A stretch of 64,000 bases of DNA from contig OZ037767.1 in assembly GCA_964035545.1 (NCBI GenBank), positions 15,628,998-15,692,997 of the forward strand. Reading direction: 5' to 3'. The notes under the pieces are model-generated. The model searched no databases. It was not told the origin of the DNA and was given only the letters and a program-made list of their open reading frames with translations. The DNA is from Bugula neritina. Lineage: Eukaryota; Animalia; Bryozoa. The translations under genes and the position numbers were made by a program. Shown one piece after another: positions 35,440 through 47,670 of the stretch (its first letter is position 1; every line of letters begins with the position of its first letter).

Positions 35440-36332
35440 GTGTTTATAAATTCGGAGGAAGTGGAAAAACGGAAATAAATACGAGAAAATTCGTTTTAAT
35501 AAACGGTAGTAGTACTCTTACGGGTACGCTAGATATGGGGGAAAATAAAATATCTAGAGTCATTGATCCGGCTGACGATCAAGACGCGGCTACAAAAAAA
35601 TACGTTGATGATACGAGTATGCCTAAAATACAGAACCCTATTAATCAATTAACTATATCAACTAATAATGGAGGCGTTATAGATAGCGATTTAAAAGTTG
35701 ATGATGTCGTTACAAAAACTAATGTATCTAATTACGCCGTACCTCTTATACAAAATCCCATTAATCAGTTAACTATATCAACTGATGATGGACGTGTTAT
35801 AGATAGTAATTTAAAAGTTGATGATGTCGTTACGAGAACTAATGTATCTAATTATGCAATACCTCTTATACAAAACCCAACTGAAAAATTAACCGTATCA
35901 ACTAATACGGGTAATATTGCAGATAGCAGCTTAAGCGTTAGCAATGTTATTACGACTAGTAATATAAATAATTTCGCTATAAATAAAATACAACCCGCGA
36001 ATGAAAAATTAACCGTTTCAACTACTTCGGGTAATGTTGTAGATAGTAGCTTAAGCGTTAGCGATGTTGTTACAACTAGTAATATAAATAATTTTGCTAT
36101 GAATAAAATACAACCATCAATCGGAGGTAAATTATTAATGCTTTCGAGTAATGGTAATATCGTAGAAACGGGTATAAATATTTCGAATATTATTACTACT
36201 TATAATATAGATAATTACGCTATTCCTAAATTACAAGGAGCAGTTGGTAATAGATTAGTATTATCAACGAGTGATGGAGATATAGTAGAATCTACAGAAT
36301 CTCAACCCGCATTTTCAAGTTATAACGTTTAA
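35436..36332 (+). CDS. Fibre/tail-spike-like protein with ~40-aa repeats
   Basis: LDMGENKI..DP..DQDAATKKYVD fibre-stalk motif, then about six PxIQ..LTxST..G..DS repeats (120-bp DNA period). Confidence 0.8.
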   Translation: MSVYKFGGSGKTEINTRKFVLINGSSTLTGTLDMGENKISRVIDPADDQDAATKKYVDDTSMPKIQNPINQLTISTNNGGVIDSDLKVDDVVTKTNVSNYAVPLIQNPINQLTISTDDGRVIDSNLKVDDVVTRTNVSNYAIPLIQNPTEKLTVSTNTGNIADSSLSVSNVITTSNINNFAINKIQPANEKLTVSTTSGNVVDSSLSVSDVVTTSNINNFAMNKIQPSIGGKLLMLSSNGNIVETGINISNIITTYNIDNYAIPKLQGAVGNRLVLSTSDGDIVESTESQPAFSSYNV

Positions 36333-36623
36333 ATATTCGTTTTAACGCTTTTTTTTAAAAAAAAATATTTTTTTAAAAAAATAAAAAAAAGTCGTTTTAT
36401 GCGATGTTATTTAAAAAAATAAAAACTACTCTATCTTTAATAAAATTTTATAATATTACTTTACCTTTAATAAAATTCATAATATTACTTTTTTAATAAA
36501 AACTTATTATAGTAGTAGTAGGGAAGGGCCAATCCTGGATACTTTTGCCTCCATGGGGACTCGCAACTTGTTGCGAGGAGCCATGGGGCAAAAGTGGTCC
36601 AGGATTGGCCCTTCCCTACTACT
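36254..36623 (-). repeat. Polinton right TIR with terminal hairpin 36514-36623
   Basis: Reverse complement of the left TIR. Confidence 0.95.
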
Positions 36624-38494
36624 TATGAATATTTCAAGCACACATTCTACGGCAACTGGCTATATTGTTGTCTTATCAATATTTAGAAGTTTAATGCTTC
36701 ATCATTTTCTGAAACACTTGAGAAATAGTATTATTTTTCTTCAAACAAGTATATAAACAGAAAAATTCACGGTCCATATCACCCCCCAAGTGGCGGTCCA
36801 TATCACCCAAAAATCATGTCACCAAAAATTTTGAATTCTTACAGGCAGAGAGTGGACAAGTATTATGTATACTATTTGGGTATTTATACATACCTTCCAC
36901 ACATTATCTGTAGATACAGGCCCCTTACTCCAGGTAATTTTTTTCAATGAAAATATATCCACAAAATTTGTGAAAAGTTATAAGAAAATGAGCAAAAAGA
37001 GAAAATGTGTCTTTATTTTCTAAGACAAAGAGACAAGTCTAAAATATGTAGACAGGAAGTTAGATATTCCTAATTCTAAGCAATGAGACACTTTCCAACT
37101 TTCTGGTAGCCTTGGATACTGCAAAACATGCATGGTCCATATCACCCGGGTGGTTCATATCGCACCCAGGTTTCCCCTATATAACAAGCTTTGTACTCTC
37201 CATCAAGCTTTTCTTATAAAGCTCATAGGTACTGCTTCAAGCTATGGAAACAGCCATGACTAGCTAAAAACTATAATATTCTGATTATAATTTCTATAAA
37301 TATAGAAAGATTAGATGTCCAGTTATTAGTAAGATCTGACTGGGGTATGGCTAGTGACTGCAGTGAAGCTAGCTATATAGGGATAATTATATTAATATTC
37401 TGCATGATACTTTATATACTGCATGAAAATACTAAAAAGTTATAATGACAGTTATAATCTTTCTGTTTATTATTTATATTATTTTGCTGATAAACCTAAG
37501 TTTTTATGATAATTCTTTTCAAAATGATTATTTTTATTACCTTAATTTTTAAATTAAAATTTTTTCAACTTGAAAATGCAAGTATAGAAGATTATTTAAT
37601 GGTTCAAAACAATGTTCATTATTTTACTGATAATTCAATGCTTCTATTATAATAGAATATGATTCAAACAGTTTACTTACACTGTTACATTACATTAGCT
37701 TATAACATAAGTTTAAAAGTTGCAATTTAGGATATTCTTAATGGTCTCTATTTTATTGAAATTATTCCAATATATGGTGTAAAATAATAGAATTATTTCA
37801 ATTAAACTAACACAAAACATTTATAAAACTTACATTTACCTTTTTTGTTGTAGAACTGCAATAAAGCTCTACTATCCCAAGGTGTGGTGATTCATCACAA
37901 TAATACTATGCATTAATTATACCAATTGAAGCCCTTCCACAAATATATTATTCTCTCTGCATCTTCTTGTTTTTTTCTGGAATGTTATAGGAATTGTCTT
38001 TACCTGGTAAGCATTGTTGCTAGCAAGAAATAATTTTATTATTCTACAAGATCTTTTAATTTGAAATTGTAACTGATTAACAGTTTGGTTTACTGCTGAT
38101 TATAAGACTTCATGATGGCAGCTCAAATTCAAACAGCTTACATCCACTATTTTATTACCTTTTTTTTTAAAGAAAACTCTTTTTATAAAAATAACTATAA
38201 CTTATACAAATTTAAAAAAGTATGTTTTAATGGCTTTAACTAGAATTAAAATTAAAACAATATTTTTTTGGATTAAGGTATTAAAATTTGTTCAACTGAA
38301 ACAAAAGGAAAATTTATAAACTGTATTAAGCATTTGACTGGTTTTGTTGTAGAGTTACAGTAAAATTCTGGAGAGAATTCAAACAAGCTACAGAAGTTAA
38401 AATTCTAATGAATGAAGTTGGTATAGGAAGACCTAAATAAGTGCCATCTTCTAGTACATCTGTGACAAGAAAGTGATGTTTATAAAAATATAAG

Positions 38495-41400
38495 TGTTTT
38501 ACAAGAAGCATTACTGCAACTGGATGTGTTCCTCTCAACTAATACTATGATTGAACAGCCCAGGTCATCTAGAGGTCAAAGTGCCTCAACTCGTAGTGTT
38601 CAGACTGTAAGCAACACAACTCACTAAGTGTCCATCTCTGCGCAGAGCTGTGAGCTGAGTTTCTCCAGCACCGAGGTCAGGTGCTGGACAGCCTTAAGTG
38701 ATGCTATATTATGTTAACAAAATTCAATCCATATTTTTGTATTTTTATGTGTGAAATTATCATATGAATGATGTAAATGTGTGATAGTTGAATTATAATA
38801 TACAGAAGTTTAAAGTGTGCATTTTTTTAAACATCAAACTGCCAAGTTTTATATACCTTCAAGTTTAAATGTTTGTTAAGTTTTCAAGTTATTTTTGATA
38901 TTTAAATATACCTGAGCTATTTTCTCAACATTTAAACTTAAAATTATAACACGTGCCAATATAAAAAAACAGCCCGCAACGTTTAGTACTGCATGAATGA
39001 TTTTAATTACAAATTGTTAAAAGCATCATTATATTCTGTTTGCCTAAATAGTTAGAATTCTCCTACTCTAGCCGCAGTTTAAGTAGTTCAAGCACTTTCG
39101 CCGCCTACTTTCTTTCAGGCAAAAAATTTCCATTATTTCAGCCTCAGCTTTCAATAATATATAATCAGTGAAATTTTCAGCTAAACAAATTAGTCTAGTT
39201 AAACTTGCAAGTCAAAAAAGAAGGTTTAGAATTTATTCTGTACCATAATAATTACGTAACAAGATCCACTTTTAAAAGACTCACACCCTTGAAAAGCTGT
39301 ATATAATTAATGACCAATCTGAGAGGATTAAAATTGAGAAACTCAGATAGCCAAAAGTCAAAGGCTGTAGTAAAAGAATTACATAATAGAGTAGCTGTCA
39401 TCAGCTGGTAATTACAGTCCAGTTGTGGGTAATTATTGTATTTGCATGTGAGCTGTATATCCAATGAAATGAGTCTAACTTATACTAAATTGGATCCAGT
39501 AAATTTGTTTTTAAAGTTTAGGTCGCTTCTAACACCAAAGAATAATGCACCAACTATTCTTAATTATAGCAAATGAATTCTTGCAAGACTTTATTTTCTC
39601 AACCATCATTTTAGCTCTGATTTGTCAGGTTTAATTATTGGAAATGTAGTTGTACAAGTTTCACACCTATTCTCAAACTTCCAAGTTTTATTTGAGAGAA
39701 AATATGGTTACAAAATACTATTAATAAAAATATGTTATACACACCATAAAACATACATTATATATTAGTTGAACTGGTCAAAGCATACTTCAATTCAAAA
39801 ACAATTTGTTTTTCAATAATATAACATATACTATATACATATAAAGCATGGATTTTATGACGTCATCATTTTAGTCTTCTTGCATATTGTGGCTTCATAT
39901 ATAGTTATGAAACTTGAGCTGTTATAAATGTTTTTGTTTGCTGCAAGAAGCATCAAATAAATCAAAGGATTTTCATGTTAATTATTTACACTACTTTACT
40001 TCCTTTTTACCTTTTCTTAAGTAGAAATGGCAACACTTTTCATCAATAGGATGTTTTATTTTACTCTAAATAGTTACTTTACTATAAATGGCAGTGGGAG
40101 ACAAAATTAACCAACCAGAGTTATTATATAAATTACTAAAATATAGTTCGTTATATGGTTTCAGCTGGAATCTTGAACTATTTTTCTAAAATGCTTGGAT
40201 AAGACTATTTGCATATTCAAAGGTTCTTCATCACCACTTGGAGTTTGGTTTTATAAAATATTATAAGTAGTTGGCCTAAGTTTATATATTAACCAATCAC
40301 ATGCATTCGTTACTTCATTTGCTTAACCTGGTTACTTCTGAGGTAAAGGGTTCTTCCCAGGAGGTAGGGTTCTTCCCAGAGTAGTTGACCTAGTTTTATG
40401 TTGACCAATCAAATTCGAACACAATCGATTGTGACTATAAATACAGCAGTGTGTTCTGTTGAGGTTCAGTCTACAACTTATCTGTGTAACACATCTGAAT
40501 CTGAACTCTATTCTCCACAATGAGCAGCAACAGCACATTTGGTGAGTGACTATGCATACAATACTTGTATTTTTCTAATTTATTAGGCAACATTAAAGAG
40601 AATATTCTATCTTGGAGCTTTGAAACTAAATTATATCTGAAAATAAATAAAAGCATTTTCATCATTATAGTTGAAACATCTTTTTTAACATTTTGCTATT
40701 TTTAAAATGTAACTATTAATAAACTTTATGTAACTTTAGTTCAGCTCGCAGAGCCTTTAAAACTTATTCTAATCTGATTCTAATCTACAAACTAGTAATA
40801 CTGCAAATCGGTTGTAATATCACAGCTAACTCTTTCAGTACAACTTGATTGTTTAAACTAAAAATACTTGCTTAGTACTAAATTGCAATGCAATACAATA
40901 ATGTAATACATAGCGGAATGCAAAATGTGATGTATAAAATTGCGTAACTTTATATTTTAATTTCAGACATTAAAAAACTCTCTCCAAAGAAAAGATACAC
41001 GTTAATATGGAGGAATTTTAACATTCCTCCACCTGCACACATAGCAAGACGATATGCTGAGATAACCCAACCAGAACCATACTATGATTATAATGAGTAA
41101 GTACTGCTTTACTGCTGAGTCTTTCTGTTGTAACCAAAATTCTTAGTCAAACTGCTCTCTGATTACCAGATAAACTTTCTCCATACTGATATTTCTAGCC
41201 TAGATCTGTCAGGTTTGTGTTTGCAAGGTTTAAATTAACAATAAAGACATATATTTAGTTGTAGAAATATTCCATGCAATCAGTAGTTCTATTAGATGAT
41301 TGTGTAATTCTAAACTTCTGACAAAAGAGAAACTGTTATGAGTCTTCATAATAATATCTGAATAACTATTATTTTATTATACTTTTAGAAAGATGACAAG

Positions 41401-42119
41401 TAACCTCCAAGATGGTGGACTACATACATATTATGTGAAAAACTTTGATACTCTGGTGAAAAGGGAGAGCTAAATCTGCCACATGCTGATGAATTGAATT
41501 ACTCAGTTTTCTGCATTTTATTAACTGATCTAAACAAGTTTCCTCAAGTGTAAAGTTAGCTGAAATGTCAAACAAGCGTGTCAACACAATATTGATATTA
41601 ATTAACTTTGTAACTTTATAATAATGAATGTAAATATATGTGCTATATTTTATTTTATTGTATTATTCAAACTAATGAAACTATTTTATTTTCTCATAAA
41701 CCAGGTGTGCTGAAATATAAATATATGACTTTAATTATAGATGTGCATACAAGTATATTTTATTTCATGTAGCTAGTAATAGATTGTAATCCTTACCTAT
41801 AACAACTGCCAAACACAGAAAATTTGAGTGAAACTATAAAAAAGAGCTAAAAATCTAATGCTGTAGTATATTTAGATTACATGACAGTTGTATGGCTGCT
41901 GCTTTTATCTATTCTTACTGTTTCTATTTCAGCAGCAGTTATAGTCTGTACATCTAGTGCTAACAAATATTTTTAGACTGCCCGTCTAGTTAATTTTGCA
42001 AGCCAAAAGATGAAATGTTCAGCATTTATCATGTCCCATAATTATTATGTAATAAAATCTCCTTTCAAAGAATTCACACCAGGAAAAATAGCTGTATAAT
42101 TACTGACCAATCAGAGAGA
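38495..42119 (+). repeat. Duplicated ~3.6-kb block (partner ~45640-49253)
   Basis: Collinear diverged match containing one Bub1-like exon (~38625-38705, minus) and a microgene. Confidence 0.9.
40520..41473 (+). CDS. Microgene copy 2, 78 aa (exons 40520-40541, 40967-41096, 41389-41473)
   Basis: Same exon lengths and splice sites; LSPKKRY variant; TAA stop where the others have TGA. Confidence 0.75.
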
Positions 42120-42330
42120 CTAAGAATAGCACACAGTAGACTAAGAATAGCACACAGTAAACTAAGAATAGCACACAGTAGACTAATAATAGCACATAGT
42201 AGACTAAGAATAGCACACAGTAGACTAAGAATAGCACACAGTAGACTAAGAATAGCACATAGTAGACTAAGAATAGCACATAGTAGACTAAGAATAGCAC
42301 ACAGTAGACTAAAAATAGCACACAGTAGAC
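42118..42330. repeat. 21-bp minisatellite (GACTAAGAATAGCACACAGTA)x~10
   Basis: Near-perfect tandem units, intronic to the Bub1-like fragment. Confidence 0.95.
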
Positions 42331-42336
42331 GCTGAC

Positions 42337-45300
42337 CTGAGATGCTGAGTCATGGCAAAGTCTACGGATGGTCTGGCTGCCGAAGTGAACTTAGGAGCAG
42401 CTGCCGTGTTCTTTATTGAGCTGACTTCAAATTCCGACAGCGGTGCGGCATCAGAGTTAAACGGAGTGGAGGCCAGCCGGGCTTGCTGGGAGAAGTTGAA
42501 CTCTGTGTGACACTCGGTCACCTCCCTGCAAGGAATGGCAGACGTGAGGAAAACAGCAAGCTGTCGACAGCACACACACAGCAGCCTTCAGAAATCTGCT
42601 GCTTTGTGTCTTTTAATATCCAATATTGGGTGGCTTGAAGGAAAATATCATTGTCATATACACTGACTGAACGCCAGAAAAGGAGAACATTTAGAGAGAA
42701 AAAGAACATGGTTTATTTGGTGCTCAAAGCTACTGGTTTACTGCAACACTTCTCAGTAACCTCAATTAGTATATAACAAGCCAACTCACAAAAATTGACT
42801 TTTAAAAAAAAATCTTTTTAGCTCATGCTTTTATAAAATAACTTGAATGTTCTAATTTAAGTGAAAAGCAGAAACAGCTGGATGATTTCCATCTCTAGGT
42901 AATGCTGTGCTAGTCAATGCAAGAGAGAACATGTGGTGGAGATAACATACTGTTGCAAAGTATCCGTGCTTTGTGGTGGGACTCTTGCAGGCTGATTCTC
43001 CTAAAACAGAAGGAAAATGAAGCTTTAGTTCTGTGGACTTATCTGTTGAGATGAATCATTACGAAACTCAATCCAAACCTTAACTTACAATACAAACTGC
43101 ATCAGCTTAACAAGCACATGCTTATATTATACTTCTACAGACTAACATTAATCCCATATGAAAGAGTGTCTCAGGATAGCTGGCAGTGTCAAGTGTGACA
43201 GGTGTGTCAAGTGTAACAAGTGTCTAAAAGGTGACAAGGGTGGCAGGTGTGTCAAGTGTAACAGGTGTGTCAAGTGTAACAGGTGTCTAAAGTGTGACAA
43301 GGGTGGCAGGTGTGTCAAATGTGTGACAGGTGTCTGAAGTGTGTCAAGTGTCTAGTGTGTCAATTGTTTCAAATGTGTTAAATGTGACGGGTATCTTCAG
43401 TATGGCAAGTGTGTCAAGTGTGGGCCAAGCGTGATAAGTGTGTAGAGTGTAACATGTGTGCCAAGTGTGGCAGGTGTGTCAGGGGTGGCAAGGGTGTCAA
43501 GCACAGCATGTGACATGTGTGCCATGTGTGTCAAATGCATCAGGTGTGGCAAGTGTTTTAAGTGTGGTAGGGGTGGCAGATGCGGCAGTGACACCAACAG
43601 CCTGTACCTTATCAGAGTAGACTGAGAACGCTGAATGTCGTCCAATGCTGACTTTTGGTGAATGCTGCTCGACATCAAGTGGCCTCTGCTGCCCGGAGGC
43701 TGCTTCTACCTGTTGACATCCATGTGAGGGAGAAACAAATCTCTCGAGAGGCGCAATACCCGTATTCGGCTCATCAGTATCAACTTTAAAGTTAGAAGGT
43801 TTGAGGCTTGCGCTAACAGGTTCTTGGTCATCAACATAAACCTGGAAGTTTGATGACTTTGGAATGGCAGCAGCAGTTTGCTGCTCAACATCAGCCCTTG
43901 CCAAAGCAGATAACCTACAGAGAGTATAAAACAGCTGAGAGAAGGAGACGCAAAGCCTTCCGAGTTTAAACACAAAGTTCAGTCCATCAACTCCAGTATT
44001 TGAGAAGTAAGACAATGACACAGACTAGGTCTAATGGGTCACACATTACTAATGTGTCACACACAGCCGGGGTGTCACACATTACTCAGGGAGGGGGGCA
44101 CACATTACTAATGTGTCACACATAGCCAAAGTGTCACACATCACTCGGGGGGGGGGGGCACACATTGCTAGCGTGTCACACATTGCTAGCGTGTCACACG
44201 TTGCTAGAATGTCAGACATTGCTAAGATGTCACAAATTGCTAATGTGTCACACATTGCTAGGGGGTCACACGTTGCTAGAGTGTCACAATTTACTAAAGT
44301 GTCACACATTGCTAGGATGTCATATATTGCTAGGGTGTTACATCCCGTTAGCCTGTGTCTAGTTCTCGGGAAGAACTCACCTAGTTGATGGTATTCTATC
44401 TATTCGAGAGCTCTGATTGGATGCACTGAATGTTTGGTTATACAAGTCGTTCATCAGCCTGTCACAGTCTTTAGTCATTCCAAAAGGTGACATCTACAGC
44501 ACACAAAACACAAAAGTAAAATCTGCAGCAAACAAGGTGTCAGCATTGTCTCAGCTTTTTAGCAGCATCAACTAACTACAAACTCTTGTCCAACTCGAAC
44601 ATAGTGACAGCCAGGCTCTGCACCAATATGCGGGGGGGGGGGCTGAGCAAGCTCACCTTGATAAAGGACTTCTTGGCACAAGATGTGTCTGGTGTGCGGT
44701 GTCTCTTTGAGCTCCTTACAGACGACACAGACTTGGGATCAGGAGTCCTACAACAGAAAACATGTGTGAAACCAGACGTGAGAGCAAACTGTGAAGAGAG
44801 TAACTGAAGGTTGTTGACTAAACTTCCACGTACTTGTCATCCATCTGCTGAGAATGCGCTTCCTTGTTAGAGCCAGAGCAAGAGAGCTTGGTGTCAGTCG
44901 TGGATCCAGAGAGCTCAGGGCCAGTGGTGGATCCAGAGAGCTTAGGACCAGTGGTGGATCCAGATGGCCAGTGGTCAGTGGTGGATCCAGCGAGCCGGTG
45001 GTCAGTGGTGGATCTAGAGATCCTGTGGTCAGTGGTGGATCTAGAGAGCTCAGGGCCAGTGGTGAATCCAGAGATCCTGTGGTCAGTGGTGGATCCAGAG
45101 ATCCTGTGGTCAGTGGTGGATCCAGAGAGCTCAGGGCCAGTGGTGGATCTAGATGGCTTATCACTATAGAGTGCTGCTTGAGCTTTAGTTTCTTCCAGAA
45201 TTTGTTTCACTGTTTCAGATCTCAGTTCTACCAACTCATCTCTAAAAGACTTCATACTACAAATAAAACATGTGACACAATTGGTACTCACAAACGAATA

Positions 45301-45854
45301 ATACAGCACGATATATTTACAGCAATTTATCACACTGGCCCCACTTCCCTGCAATCATTAAATTAACCAGCACTTTGTAGAAGCCAGGAGTAAACAACTG
45401 CTAACTCGAATACAAAAATAATAATCAATCGTCAAATAGTAAACGCGCCAGCTAGTAAACGCGCCAGCTAGTAAACGCGCCAGCTAGTAAATGAATCGGC
45501 TAAGTAACATCCCAATAACTTTGCTATATAAAAAGGTAAGCAACATATTACTTGGAATTATTGATAAGAAAACAGTTGATAGAGTCAACAGCATAATAAC
45601 AATGAACTGGAGAATTCAGACCCAAGTGGTGAAAGGAATGTGTTTTACAAGAAGCATTACTGCAACTGGATGTGTTCCTCTCAACTATATTACTATGATT
45701 GGACAGCCCAGGCCAGCTAGAGGTCAAAGGGCAGCCTCAACTTATAGTGTTCAGACTGTAAGCAACACAACTCACTAAGTGTCCATCTCTGCACTGAGCT
45801 GTGAGCTGAGTTTCTCCTGCACCGAGGTCAGGTGCTGGACAGCCTCAAGTGATG
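42337..45854 (-). CDS. bub1: Partial Bub1/MadBub gene, middle region only (exons 45854-45776, 45256-44834, 44747-44657, 44493-44381, 43914-43608, 43000-42951, 42525-42337)
   Basis: Phase-compatible GT-AG exons without stops; CD1-like SPFGMTKDCDRLMNDLYNQ, ABBA-like FQVYVD and FSVYSD, KEN formed across a splice junction, ARLASTPF motif, in Bub1 order. Confidence 0.75.
43180..43580. repeat. Degenerate GTGTCAAGTGT-type intronic tandem repeat
   Basis: 9/18-bp periodic units. Confidence 0.85.
44035..44345. repeat. 18-bp intronic minisatellite (GTGTCACACATTGCTA..)
   Basis: Tandem units visible. Confidence 0.9.
44885..45155 (-). repeat. 27-bp coding tandem repeat (10 x 9 aa)
   Basis: SGSTTGPEL / SGSTTDHRI units within a Bub1-like exon. 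Confidence 0.9.
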
Positions 45855-47670
45855 CTATTATGTTAACAAAATTCAATTCATATTTCTGTATTTTTATGTG
45901 TGAAATTATCATATTATTGGTGTAAGTGTGTGATAGTTGAATTATAATATACAGAAGTTCAAAGTGTGCATCTTGTCTAAAAGTCAAACTGCTGTGTTTT
46001 ATATGCTTTATGTGCTTTATATGCCTTCAAGTTGAAATGTTTGTTAAGTTTGCAAGTAACTTTTGGATATTTCAATATACCTGAGCTAATTTCTCTACAT
46101 CTAAACTTGAAATTATAACACGTGCCAATATAAAAACAGCTCACAACATTTAGCACTGAGTGATTTCAATTACAAATTGTTAAAAGCATCATTATATTCT
46201 GTTTGCCTAAATAGTTATAATTCTTCAACTCTAGCAGAAGTTTAAATAGTTGAAACACTTTAGCGCCTACTTTCTTTCAGGCAAAAAGTTTACATTATTT
46301 TGGTATCAGCTTTCAGTAATATATAATCGGTGAAATTTTCAGCTAAACAAATTAGTCTAGTTAATCTTGCAAGCCAAAAAAGAAGGTTTAGCATTTATTC
46401 TGTACCATAATAATTACGTAATAGGATCCACTTTTAAAAGACTCACACTTTTGAAAAGCTGTATAATTACTGACCAATCAGAGAGGATTAAAATTTGAGA
46501 AACTCAGAAAGCTAAAAATCAAAGGCTGTAGTTAAAGAATTACATAATAGAGTAGCTGTCATCAGCTGGTAATTACACTCAGTTTTGGGTAATTATTGTA
46601 CTTGCATGTGAGCTGTATATCCAATGGAATCAGTCTAACTTATACTAAATTTGATCCAGTAAATTTGTTTTTAAAGTTTAGGTCCCTTTTACCATCAAAG
46701 AATAATGCATCAACTATTCTTAATTATAGCAAATGAATTCATGCAAGACTTTATTCTCTCAACCATCAATTTTAGCTTTGATTTGTCAGGTTTAATCTTT
46801 GGAAATGTAATTGTAAAAGTTTTTCACCTATTTCAAACTTCCAAGTTTAATTTGAAAGAAAATATGGCTATAGAATACTATTAATAAAAACATGTTACAT
46901 GCCAAACAATATACATTATATAGTTGAACTGCTCAAAGCATACATTAATTCAAAACTGAATTTGTTTTCTGTAATAATAAAACATACTAATCGATGAAGC
47001 AATTATTTTATGACTATAATTTTAGTCTTCTTGCATATTTTGGTTTCATATATAACTATAAAAATGTTTTTTGTTTGCTGCAAGAAACATAAAATAAATC
47101 AAGTAATTTTCATGTTAATTCTTTGCGCTGCTTTACTTCCTTTCTACCTTTCTTTAAGTAGAAATGGCAGCACCTTTAATAAATAGGATGTTTTATTTTA
47201 CTCTAAATAGTTACTTTACTATTAGCAGTGGGAGACAAAATTAACCAACCAGAGTTATTATATAAGTTACTAAAATATAGTTCATTATGGTTTCAGCTGG
47301 AACCTTGAACTTTTTCTCAAAAATTGGTAAAAACTAACAAAATGCTTAGATAAGACTATTTGCATATTCAAAGGTTCTTCATCACCACTTGGAGTTTGGT
47401 TTTATAAAATATTATAAGAAGTTGGCCTAAGTTTATATATTAACCAATCACATGCATTCGTTACTGCATTTGCTCAACCTGGTTACTTCTGAGGTATGGG
47501 GCTCTTCCCAGAAGGTAGGGTTCTTCCTAGAGTAGTTGACCTAGTTTTACGTTGACCAATCAAATTCAAACACATTCGATTGCGACTATAAATACAGCAG
47601 TGTGTTCTGTTAAGGTTCAGTCTACAACTTATCTGTGTAATACATCTGAATCTGAACTCTATTCTCTACA

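Larger units (their letters stand above)
23139..36623. mobile_element. Polinton/Maverick (adintovirus-like endogenous virus), defective
   Basis: AGTAGT...ACTACT ends, perfect TSD TATGAA (23133-23138, 36624-36629), long TIRs, pPolB, integrase, ATPase, protease and capsid genes. Confidence 0.98.
22740..37177. mobile_element. ~0.95-kb TA-flanked MITE (pogo/Fot1-like) interrupted by the Polinton
   Basis: TA-GGGGAAACCTGGGTG ... CACCCAGGTTTCCCC-TA; repeated subterminal GGGTGATATGG motifs at both ends. Superfamily call is tentative. Confidence 0.82.

Noticed and set aside
42100-42321. Hydrophobic LFLVYCV-repeat ORF
   Set aside because: Translation artefact of a 21-bp minisatellite.
42577-42664. 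Extra Bub1-like exon VYDNDIFLQATQYW
   Set aside because: Good acceptor but needs a weak donor and a very short intron; flanking exons join in frame without it. Unresolved.
43397-45366. His/Cys-rich and alternative-frame repeat ORFs (43397, 44082, 44113, 44165, 44748, 44854, 44864)
   Set aside because: Open frames arise from stop-free tandem repeats; only the spliced minus-strand frame has splice and motif support.
45440-45490. E2F sites
   Set aside because: AAACGCGCC does not match the TTTSSCGC consensus.
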